From: Candidatus Woesebacteria bacterium RIFCSPHIGHO2_01_FULL_39_32
GTDB taxonomy: Bacteria; Patescibacteriota; Microgenomatia; UBA8517
NCBI GenBank assembly: GCA_001792345.1
Contig: MGGJ01000004.1
Location: forward strand, 74,090 to 138,089
Direction: 5' to 3'
Length of the DNA stretch: 64,000 nucleotides
Of the stretch, positions 48,180 to 56,042 are shown in pieces. A model generated the notes under the pieces. The model had not been told where the DNA came from. It did not search any database and was given only the letters and a program-made list of their open reading frames with translations. The position numbers and the translations under genes were made by a program. The first letter of the stretch is position 1. Each line of letters opens with the position of its first letter.

Positions 48180-48198
48180 GCTAATTTGAAGACAAATT
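48180..48198 (+). repeat. Repeat B copy 6
   Basis: 19 bp upstream of start of 47309..48160. Confidence 0.85.
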
Positions 48199-48246
48199 AT
48201 TAACAGACTGTTCTTACTAACAATTAAATATTGATATAATCAAATC

Positions 48247-49110
48247 ATGTCGGGAGTAATAGCAGCAATTTATTCCTCATTTTTTCTCGCATTATCTCAA
48301 GCTTCTTTGAAAAAAAGCTACAGGGAACTTTCTCCATCTGTTGCATTTTTCTTTGACACCCTTTTTGGTTTAGCTCTTTGGGTACCTCTAGCATTATTCT
48401 TCGGCATCAATCTGATATTCTTCAAAGAGGTCCTTTTATTTGCAGTTCTATCAGCAGTTTTATCCGAAGCATTATATTTTTATGCGCTATCTAAAGGACA
48501 GTTAAGCGTAACCACAATTCTTATTGGTAGCTACCCGATTTATACTATTTTGTTTTCTTATTTGATCAATAGAGAGATATTAACTCCGTTACAAGCATTA
48601 TTTATCGGAATAACAATCTTCGGAACACTAATTTCATACCTGCCTTCAAAATTAAACAAAGATGAATTGAAAAAAAGCGGCGTTCTGATATGGCCAATAA
48701 TAGCGGCGGTTGCAGTTGGTTTATCTGATACCTTGTCCAAGAAAATTATAAACAAAACTGAAGATTTTACGTTTCTTTTTGCACTAGCCCTAGTCCAAAT
48801 ACCGGTTTCGCTGACATACCTAAAACTTGAAAGGCAAAATATTATAAAAGAGCTAAAAGTAGTAAAAGCAAAAGCATATGATTATAAAAATGCAATAGCC
48901 GGATCACTGTTTAATATTATCGGCACTGGGCTTCTGTGGATCGCCTTTTCAAAGACTCTTGCTTCGATTGCTTCTCCGATAACTGCTACAAGCGGGGTTT
49001 TGGTAATTATAATTGCACTACTTTTTCTTGACGAGAAAATATCATTAAAACAAATAGCCGGAATATTTTTAGTCATTCTGGGTATAATTGGAATTGCGAT
49101 TCTAGTTTAA
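48247..49110 (+). CDS. EamA/DMT-superfamily transporter
   Basis: 287 aa, 10 TM. Confidence 0.7.
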   Translation: MSGVIAAIYSSFFLALSQASLKKSYRELSPSVAFFFDTLFGLALWVPLALFFGINLIFFKEVLLFAVLSAVLSEALYFYALSKGQLSVTTILIGSYPIYTILFSYLINREILTPLQALFIGITIFGTLISYLPSKLNKDELKKSGVLIWPIIAAVAVGLSDTLSKKIINKTEDFTFLFALALVQIPVSLTYLKLERQNIIKELKVVKAKAYDYKNAIAGSLFNIIGTGLLWIAFSKTLASIASPITATSGVLVIIIALLFLDEKISLKQIAGIFLVILGIIGIAILV

Positions 49111-49113
49111 AAT

Positions 49114-49584
49114 ATGCAGAAAAATCAAATTGTTTCATATTCAGGAATAGAGGGTCTACTTAAAGTAACCCAAAATTCTCTCAGCGCAGAAGGAGAGCTT
49201 CTAATTTTTGAAACTAGTTATGCATCACTAAACGACATGTTTACTAAAGATCAGGCGGAAGAAATCAGAAATGAATTTGTAAACAAGAAAATTAAAATTA
49301 GAGAGCTGACAAATCATGCTTATCACGAAACATACACTCATGTTAGGGATTTTCATGAAAAAGTAATGAATATTCGTTACATAAACCCAAACAGGCTTCA
49401 AATTAAAGTAGAAACGCTTATATATAATAATGTCGTGGCATTATACGAGCCCAAAAAAGACGGTTTCTGCCTTGAAATTTACAGCAAAGAGTTGGCCGAT
49501 CAACAAAGACAACTATTTGAATTTATTTGGAAACAAGCAGATAGACCAATAATCGGTAAGGGTGGTAGGACTTCTATTTTCTAG
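49114..49584 (+). CDS. Hypothetical protein (156 aa)
   Basis: 3 nt after transporter stop, likely co-transcribed. Confidence 0.45.
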   Translation: MQKNQIVSYSGIEGLLKVTQNSLSAEGELLIFETSYASLNDMFTKDQAEEIRNEFVNKKIKIRELTNHAYHETYTHVRDFHEKVMNIRYINPNRLQIKVETLIYNNVVALYEPKKDGFCLEIYSKELADQQRQLFEFIWKQADRPIIGKGGRTSIF

Positions 49585-49586
49585 GA

Positions 49587-49605
49587 GCTAATTTGAAGAC
49601 AAATT
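49587..49605 (+). repeat. Repeat B copy 7
   Basis: Starts 2 nt after stop of 49114..49584. Confidence 0.85.
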
Positions 49606-49610
49606 ACCGA

Positions 49611-49985
49611 TTATAGGTAGTAAGCTACCTCTATCTTTATTCTGTCAGGATCTTCGAAATATACTGCATAGTACCCCTCTTCATATTCAGGAAAGGGTTT
49701 TGGTGTGTCGTATAAAGTAGGAATTTTATTAGGTTTAAGAAATTCGTTACAGAATTTATCAACATCTTCCTTGGAGTTTACCCTGAATGCTATATGGTTT
49801 AATCCAACTCTTTTTCTGTGGAAACCTTTAATAACGTATTTTCCCTCTGCCTGATCAAACCAGATGGTCGTTCCCCCATTCATAAAGGCAAATACCTTCT
49901 TCTCATTAACAATTTCCTTATAGTCTAAAAGGGTAAGGAGTTTGTTATAGAAATTATAAGATTTGTTTAAATCTGAAACGTACAA
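49611..49985 (-). CDS. VOC-family protein (glyoxalase/bleomycin-resistance/dioxygenase fold)
   Basis: 124 aa; GLNHIAFRV and paired betaalphabetabetabeta modules; TTG start in ORF track. Confidence 0.65.
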   Translation of the reverse strand: MYVSDLNKSYNFYNKLLTLLDYKEIVNEKKVFAFMNGGTTIWFDQAEGKYVIKGFHRKRVGLNHIAFRVNSKEDVDKFCNEFLKPNKIPTLYDTPKPFPEYEEGYYAVYFEDPDRIKIEVAYYL

Positions 49986-50031
49986 GTTGATATGTCCGAC
50001 TGTAGATTTTATAAAACTATTTTATCCCAGA

Positions 50032-50050
50032 GCTAATTCGAAGACAAATT
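50032..50050 (+). repeat. Repeat B copy 8 (GCTAATTCGAAGACAAATT)
   Basis: 1 mismatch. Confidence 0.75.
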
Positions 50051-50159
50051 GTTTCAGATTTTTGACACTGGTTAATTTTATCTATTCTCCTCAACCCCTA
50101 CCAGTCTTGGTTTCTTCACTTTCTCGTTTGAAATCTTATTGATGTCTCTGACATTTAGA

Positions 50160-50813
50160 CTACCTAGAAAGTCTTTCTAATAAACCATATTCAACATACC
50201 AAGGAAAAACTCCATCCTCAGGATAAATAAATTCGTGAGGACCAATCTCCATGGAAGGTTTTTTAAAAGAACGTACGCCTCGCGGCTCTCTTAATTGGTA
50301 CCCTGTTAATTGCCGTACGACTTCTATTTCTTCATCGGATAACCCAAGTGTTATGGTTTGCCTATCAAACTCTCTTGAAGAGTGTCTAATTGTGAGAGGA
50401 CTTCCGCGCAAATTAATAACTGTGCGTTTGTCATTTACTGTAATTCTATAACAATATTCAAGCACTGCCCTGAGCCGCGATTGCATAGGCTGAGCGTATT
50501 CTTCGGCTTTAACAATATCTTCAGTATTCACCACATGTACGCCATCGATGTCGCTTCCATTATTTGCTTCACCGTGCGCTATTGAACCATACACAAACAT
50601 GCCTCTATATTCCGGATTTATAGACATTTCTTCTAATACTAAACTTCCTAAGATACTTCTGACCGAATGTTGATCTTGCAAATCAAGAGCATCTGGGAGT
50701 TCTACATGAGTTAAAAATGATACATCAGGAATACGTATTTTATCCGGATATACAAAAAGTGGTTTTTCTGGAAGTATTCGTTTTTCTTGTCCTGATTCTT
50801 CGTCACCAACCAT
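50160..50813 (-). CDS. Nucleotidyltransferase-fold protein (minimal NTase, ANT/Lnu-like)
   Basis: 217 aa; YGSIAHGEANNGSDIDGVHVV fits hG[GS]x9-13DhD NTase motif. Confidence 0.5.
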   Translation of the reverse strand: MVGDEESGQEKRILPEKPLFVYPDKIRIPDVSFLTHVELPDALDLQDQHSVRSILGSLVLEEMSINPEYRGMFVYGSIAHGEANNGSDIDGVHVVNTEDIVKAEEYAQPMQSRLRAVLEYCYRITVNDKRTVINLRGSPLTIRHSSREFDRQTITLGLSDEEIEVVRQLTGYQLREPRGVRSFKKPSMEIGPHEFIYPEDGVFPWYVEYGLLERLSR

Positions 50814-50877
50814 ATTAATAAATCCAAAAGTAAAGATACATTAACGGAATTATACCAGCTTAGAATACTTAGAGAAA

Positions 50878-51363
50878 TTACCTTAGGGGAATTGAGAACC
50901 AGCGGGGAACTTTTTTCATATAGCCTGAATATTCTTTACCAAACTTCTTTTTTAGTTCGGGCTCTTCTTTGTAAATGATAACCAATTGAAAGAGGACAAC
51001 TGCAGCAAGAACATAAAAGAGAAGTAGTATGTGACCGAAAATCATAAAAACTCCTAAAAATGCCAGCAAGACGGCGGCGTACATGGGATTGCGACTATAT
51101 CCATAAAAGCCTTTGGAAATAAGTTTTTTTGGCGATTCGATAATAACTGGTGTGACTCTACCTGTTAATAAATGCTGGTGCATCGTATATAAAGTTGCCG
51201 AAAAACCAAAAAGAAAGAAAATAAATCCTAGGGTTCTTAGCAGACTGTTATCAAAAACTGGTAAATTGTAAATGACGTTGAGCCGAATTAAATATACAGG
51301 AACAACAAACCAAGCAAAGACCAAAATAAAAAGTCCGAGAAGTAATGTCAACGCACTTTTCAT
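50878..51363 (-). CDS. Isoprenylcysteine carboxyl methyltransferase (ICMT)/phospholipid methyltransferase family membrane protein
   Basis: 161 aa; GFYGYSRNPMYAAVLL motif, 4 TM. Confidence 0.7.
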   Translation of the reverse strand: MKSALTLLLGLFILVFAWFVVPVYLIRLNVIYNLPVFDNSLLRTLGFIFFLFGFSATLYTMHQHLLTGRVTPVIIESPKKLISKGFYGYSRNPMYAAVLLAFLGVFMIFGHILLLFYVLAAVVLFQLVIIYKEEPELKKKFGKEYSGYMKKVPRWFSIPLR

Positions 51364-51381
51364 TATAGTTATTATATCAAT

Positions 51382-52155
51382 TTAATTCCGCCTTTTGTGG
51401 AAGGATTTCTGATGTGCAAGGAACTTTTGAGCTTCAACCGATACTCTTTTCTTCTCCCTGTAATTAGATTTTTCAACAAAACGGTTAAATAATTTAAGTA
51501 CTTTTTCAAATCTCAGCTCTGCAATTTTAAGTCTTGAGAAATTATAGACAATGTAATCTCTGTACATATTTTTATCGGCCAAATTTATAAGTGGATGTTT
51601 TCTTCTTACTATCCTTATCATCGCGACCTCAACGTGTGGGTTTGGAATAAAGTCGTGTCGTCGAAAATTCCAAAAAATATCAATTTCAAACCATGGTTTT
51701 AATAATACCGATACCATTGAGTTCTTGTTGTCAAAAGGCATTCCAATAAATCTTCTTGCCGCTTCTTTTTGGATCACTATATAAGCTTCTAAAAAATTAT
51801 CATCGTCGGTTAATTTTCTTAAAACGCCGGAGGTTATATTGAAAGGAATGTTTGAAAAAACTTTGTAGGAGTAAGGCGGCATCCTGAAATTTAGAAAATC
51901 ACCTCGAATTAGTTCTAAGTTCTTTGCATTTTTATATTTTTCTTTTAGGTGAAAGTAAAGTTTTCTATCAAGTTCAATCGCGGTAACTCTTCCGGCAACT
52001 TTCAACAATTCTTGGGTAATAATTCCTCTACCGGGACCGATTTCGATAACTTTGTCATTTTTACCAAGAGAAGATTTCCGAATTAATTTAGCGATAAGCT
52101 TCGGATTGACAAGATTGTTCTGTGAGTAGAGCCTCCGCCTTTGTTTGTACAACAT
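51382..52155 (-). CDS. rRNA adenine N6-dimethyltransferase family (Erm/KsgA)
   Basis: 257 aa; YSQN..., VIEIGPGRG SAM motif, NIPFNITS motif IV; size and N-terminus more Erm-like than KsgA-like. Confidence 0.75.
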   Translation of the reverse strand: MLYKQRRRLYSQNNLVNPKLIAKLIRKSSLGKNDKVIEIGPGRGIITQELLKVAGRVTAIELDRKLYFHLKEKYKNAKNLELIRGDFLNFRMPPYSYKVFSNIPFNITSGVLRKLTDDDNFLEAYIVIQKEAARRFIGMPFDNKNSMVSVLLKPWFEIDIFWNFRRHDFIPNPHVEVAMIRIVRRKHPLINLADKNMYRDYIVYNFSRLKIAELRFEKVLKLFNRFVEKSNYREKKRVSVEAQKFLAHQKSFHKRRN

Positions 52156-52259
52156 AGCGGAGTCTCCTTATAATTATGGTTACCATATATTTTTCCTTCT
52201 AAAGCTAATCAGCTTTGTGTGTATTTTATCTCAAAGCCTTCTTGAAGTAAAATATAAAC

Positions 52260-52532
52260 ATGGATAAACTTCAAAAACTGGAGGAAAAAATTAGTAAAAT
52301 TGAAGCTAGGAACAGAAAAGTTGAAGCAGATAAATCTTGGGAGACGAGCTACACAAGAAGAGTTCTGCTTTTTGTTTTTACGTACATCTCAATTGGGCTT
52401 TATCTAAATGTGATTCAGGTTGAAAACCCTTGGCTTAATGCAATTGTTCCCTCAATCGGATTTTTGCTTTCAACTCTTACTCTTCCCTTCTTCAAAAACC
52501 TCTGGATGAAAAAACGAAACGGAAAAATTTAG
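52260..52532 (+). CDS. Small 2-TM membrane protein (paralog 2 of 43482..43751)
   Basis: 90 aa, ~80% identical to paralog 1. Confidence 0.5.
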   Translation: MDKLQKLEEKISKIEARNRKVEADKSWETSYTRRVLLFVFTYISIGLYLNVIQVENPWLNAIVPSIGFLLSTLTLPFFKNLWMKKRNGKI

Positions 52533-52537
52533 AGGCA

Positions 52538-52554
52538 GTAGAGGAAATGGTTTC
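52538..52554 (+). repeat. Repeat A copy 8 (GTAGAGGAAATGGTTTC)
   Basis: 6 bp after stop of paralog 2. Confidence 0.75.
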
Positions 52555-52635
52555 TTAATCCCCGTCTTAATTAATCTTGACAAACTTGTTAATAACATCT
52601 ACTGTTTTAATAGAACACTCATTTATTTCAAAAAT

Positions 52636-53526
52636 ATGGCCAAAAAGGCTAAGTCTGCAAACTTCTTTAACAAAATAATTGTTCTGGCATTGGCAGTAAT
52701 ATCCTTAGCTTTGATAACCGTTGCGACAACACAAAAACAAACCAATTACGACATAAGAACAGGGGCTACTTACAATCCAAAAATTGACCCCGATGATTTT
52801 ACTACAAACATAACAAATAAATACTTTACGCTTCCTGTCGGGAAAAAAATGGTTTATGAGGGCGATACCGAGGAGGGACGCGAAAGAATAGAAATAACAA
52901 TTCCAGGCGATAAGAAGAAAATTATGGGAGTTGAGACCCTTTTGTATCGCGACAAGGCCTGGCTCGACTCAAACGGAGACGGGAAATGGAGTAAGAAGGA
53001 GATGATTGAGGACACGCGAGATTATCTAGCCCAAAACAAGAAAACGGGTGATGTTTGGTATTTCGGCGAGGAAGTAAATAACTATGAGGATGGAGAACTT
53101 ATTGACCACGACGGTTCCTGGCTGGCGGGAGATGATAGATACCCAGGCGCATTACCTGGCATTTGGGTTAAGCAAAATCCAAAAGTAGGAGAGGTATACT
53201 TGCAGGAATTTTATAAGGGAAAAGCGGAAGATACGGTCAAAGTTTTATCAACGCATGCAACAGTAAAAACCTCGCTTGGCAAATTTAAAGACTGTTTGAG
53301 AACAAAGGACTTCACTCCGTTAGAACCCGATGCTCTGGAAAACAAATACTACTGTCCCAACGCAGTGATTAAAAATATCGGCTCAACTGTACTTATAAAA
53401 GATTTAGCAAATGATGAACAGCTGGAACTTTCTAAATTAACTGTTGGAAAAACTGACGATGACAAAGATGATGAAGACGATGACAAAGATAATGACCGTG
53501 ATGGCGATGAGGAAGAAGATGATTAG
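52636..53526 (+). CDS. Secreted protein with poly-acidic (D/E-rich) C-terminal tail
   Basis: 296 aa; N-terminal signal anchor; C-terminus DDDKDDEDDDKDNDRDGDEEEDD. Confidence 0.5.
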   Translation: MAKKAKSANFFNKIIVLALAVISLALITVATTQKQTNYDIRTGATYNPKIDPDDFTTNITNKYFTLPVGKKMVYEGDTEEGRERIEITIPGDKKKIMGVETLLYRDKAWLDSNGDGKWSKKEMIEDTRDYLAQNKKTGDVWYFGEEVNNYEDGELIDHDGSWLAGDDRYPGALPGIWVKQNPKVGEVYLQEFYKGKAEDTVKVLSTHATVKTSLGKFKDCLRTKDFTPLEPDALENKYYCPNAVIKNIGSTVLIKDLANDEQLELSKLTVGKTDDDKDDEDDDKDNDRDGDEEEDD

Positions 53527-53528
53527 GA

Positions 53529-53547
53529 GCTAATTTGAAGACAAATT
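53529..53547 (+). repeat. Repeat B copy 9
   Basis: Begins 3 nt after stop of 52636..53526. Confidence 0.85.
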
Positions 53548-53551
53548 ATTT

Positions 53552-53860
53552 TTAAATAAGCTTACTACGATGGGTTAGAATATTTCCCCATGTCATCATT
53601 TTTTCAGCCCAATCAATGGAATCTTTCGGTCCCTCTAGTCCTTCGCTTTCAAGTTGTTTATAGTGTCTGAGAAAATCTTTCAAAGTATCTTTAAAGGGAG
53701 TTCTAAATGAACTTGAATCAAGAGTTTCAATGTAATTACTCGTATTCGAAATAAAAGTTTGTATCCTTTTTCTCTTACCTAAGTAATCATCGGCTGCCCA
53801 ATTACCAATCCTGTTTAAATTCATCGCAATATCTAAAATTTTTTGTTTATTACCTGTCAT
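53552..53860 (-). CDS. Hypothetical small protein (102 aa), downstream member of overlapping gene pair
   Basis: 4-nt overlap with upstream gene. Confidence 0.4.
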   Translation of the reverse strand: MTGNKQKILDIAMNLNRIGNWAADDYLGKRKRIQTFISNTSNYIETLDSSSFRTPFKDTLKDFLRHYKQLESEGLEGPKDSIDWAEKMMTWGNILTHRSKLI

Positions 53861-54180
53861 AAAAGTAAGCTTCTGACAATCTTATCAAACCTTTTTCTAA
53901 TTTGTTTTGACATTATATCGCGGCTTGGATTATCTTGATTGGGACGCAAATTAATCATGGAGTTGTAATCAATTTCTTTCGTTTCCAAGTCCAATCCTCC
54001 ACCCCATAGATTAATTTTGTGTGAACCATCGTCCAGAAGTTCTTTTTCTTCATCAACGTGTCTATCTTCTCCCGCAGATATCATTTCGCGCTCAATGTCA
54101 ACGACAATCTTAATATATCCTTTAAAGTGTTCCGCAATTTTATTCAACTCGGACCCATTGGCCTTTCTTCTAATAATCAT
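53857..54180 (-). CDS. Hypothetical small protein (107 aa), upstream member of overlapping pair (possible TA module)
   Basis: ORF, overlap architecture. Confidence 0.4.
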   Translation of the reverse strand: MIIRRKANGSELNKIAEHFKGYIKIVVDIEREMISAGEDRHVDEEKELLDDGSHKINLWGGGLDLETKEIDYNSMINLRPNQDNPSRDIMSKQIRKRFDKIVRSLLL

Positions 54181-54212
54181 ACCTGGCTCATTTTACCACG
54201 ATTTTAAGCAAA

Positions 54213-54231
54213 GCTAATTTGAAGACAAATT
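54213..54231 (+). repeat. Repeat B copy 10
   Basis: 33 bp upstream of start of 53857..54180. Confidence 0.85.
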
Positions 54232-54245
54232 ATTTTCCCAGGTCT

Positions 54246-55106
54246 TTACAAAGATATCAACACTAACCCACCAACTATAGCTAAAATACCAACCATCTTA
54301 TTTCGGTCAATTTTTTCTTTTAAAAATACTTTAGCCAAAAGTACTGAGACCAAAGCGAATGCGCTACCGATCGGAGCAACTATAGAAGCTTGTGTTCCTG
54401 ACACTCCAAATGAATAGCTGAAAAATCCACCAATATCGAAAAGTCCAATTAGTAAAAGTAATTTTAGAGGAAACTTTGTTGATTTAGGAATAAACACACT
54501 TTTGGAAAATAATATATAACCTACTAAAAGTAAAAGTACGAAAAATCTGAAAATAAATGCAGGTAAAAACCATCCCAGCTCTTTGGTGGCAAAAACTAAA
54601 AGGAAAAGAGAGATTCCCCACCCGAGCATTGCCATAACTCCTTCCTTAACACCGACCAAGAAGTTTACTTTTTTTGACTTGACAAGATCCGAAATGTTTA
54701 CTGAAAGCATAACTATTCCAACGACAATCATCCCGATTGCCAAAACCTGTGAAGTACTTAAAGACTCTTTTAAAAATACCACTCCCAAAAGCGCAACCAC
54801 CAATCCCCATGCTGCGCCAACCGGACCAACCAGTGAAACTTCCGCTTTTTCCAAGCCTCTATAAAAAGAAAGGTAAGCAACCACTTGTAATACTGCTACA
54901 ACAACCAATAGAGAAACGTTTTGGGAAACTAAAGTAAAAGTGAAGGAGTTAAAATTTACAAGAAAAAAAAGCAGTCCAACAAGAAATCCAAAAAACTGCA
55001 TCCAAAAAAGTGTTAAAACATTTCCTAATTTACGTGAAGCTATAGCGGCTAAAAATATAGCTGTCCCCCAGAAAACCATCGATAAAAAACCTGCGATAAT
55101 TCCCAT
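54246..55106 (-). CDS. EamA/DMT-superfamily transporter
   Basis: 286 aa, 10 TM. Confidence 0.7.
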   Translation of the reverse strand: MGIIAGFLSMVFWGTAIFLAAIASRKLGNVLTLFWMQFFGFLVGLLFFLVNFNSFTFTLVSQNVSLLVVVAVLQVVAYLSFYRGLEKAEVSLVGPVGAAWGLVVALLGVVFLKESLSTSQVLAIGMIVVGIVMLSVNISDLVKSKKVNFLVGVKEGVMAMLGWGISLFLLVFATKELGWFLPAFIFRFFVLLLLVGYILFSKSVFIPKSTKFPLKLLLLIGLFDIGGFFSYSFGVSGTQASIVAPIGSAFALVSVLLAKVFLKEKIDRNKMVGILAIVGGLVLISL

Positions 55107-55139
55107 AGTTTAAGCTATTTGTAGTTTACCACCAGAAGC

Positions 55140-55481
55140 TCATTTTGTAACTATTTCATTCGTAGGGATAATTCGGCTTCTTGTTTTCTTATTTTTTGGG
55201 AAACCTGTTGGGAGGAGGTATCCTTGCCAGTCGCCCTCGCCGATTGAAAGTTCCAAATGAAGTTGATCTACTAATTTAGGTTCGTCTTTGACATTGTAAA
55301 TTCTGTATTCGCCTTTTGCCAGCTTTTGATCTGTTTTGTGGTTGCGGTGGGTTGCAACGAGTATCTCTCCAATTGTTTTTGTATATATCCAAACAAAAGT
55401 AATCTTTCCAAGTTTCAAAACCTTTACATCATTTCTGGTCTCAACCAAAGAATACTTTCCTTTTTTCAGAAGTTTAATCAT
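55140..55481 (-). CDS. Hypothetical protein (113 aa)
   Basis: ORF only. Confidence 0.4.
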   Translation of the reverse strand: MIKLLKKGKYSLVETRNDVKVLKLGKITFVWIYTKTIGEILVATHRNHKTDQKLAKGEYRIYNVKDEPKLVDQLHLELSIGEGDWQGYLLPTGFPKNKKTRSRIIPTNEIVTK

Positions 55482-55500
55482 GCTTAATTATATATCCCAC

Positions 55501-55926
55501 TCAAGGATTTTTCTTTACAAATACTAAGCCTGAGGCAATTGCTTGCACAAGAATTGCTATACTCCAGGTAAGAATCATCACAAATGATACCTGAAAGCTA
55601 CTATACGAAATAAGCATTCCTGGAATTGTAATCAACCAGTAGGAGGCGGCAAATTGGCAACATCTCCAAAAGACGTCTCTTTCTTTAAAAAGATGCTTAG
55701 TCTTATCCCACACCCAAGCCAATATTATTCCAACGACAAATGGGTGAATAAAAATATAAGACATTAATGGGTCACTCCAGGGTCTGAAAAGGGCTGGGTT
55801 TTGATATTCGGCAGCAAGACTCGGAAAAAGGACACCCCAGAGCCAGTTCAAAACTATTCCGACTACCAACATCGCAACTCCGGCCAAGATGCCTGTCGTG
55901 ACAATTTTTCTATTCATATTTCTCAC
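55501..55926 (-). CDS. Hypothetical 4-TM membrane protein
   Basis: 141 aa. Confidence 0.4.
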   Translation of the reverse strand: MRNMNRKIVTTGILAGVAMLVVGIVLNWLWGVLFPSLAAEYQNPALFRPWSDPLMSYIFIHPFVVGIILAWVWDKTKHLFKERDVFWRCCQFAASYWLITIPGMLISYSSFQVSFVMILTWSIAILVQAIASGLVFVKKNP

Positions 55927-56042
55927 CTTCTCTCTGCAATAATTGTACTCCTTACCCCTACAACGATTCAGTGATAGTTCTCACAATAATTTATATTGTT
56001 TCAAAAATTGGTACTGCCATTCCGCACGTTCTATAATTAGCC

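Noticed and set aside
41712-54231. Repeats A and B as a CRISPR array
   Set aside because: Spacing between copies is irregular (0.3-3.5 kb) and filled with protein-coding genes; two different repeat sequences; no cas genes. This is not CRISPR.
41712-54231. Canonical integron (IntI + attC cassettes)
   Set aside because: No IntI-like tyrosine recombinase in the window. The repeats are ~20 bp, not 60-140-bp imperfect palindromes with RYYYAAC/GTTRRRY cores. Genes are on both strands. Only a looser 'cassette-like array' interpretation is retained.
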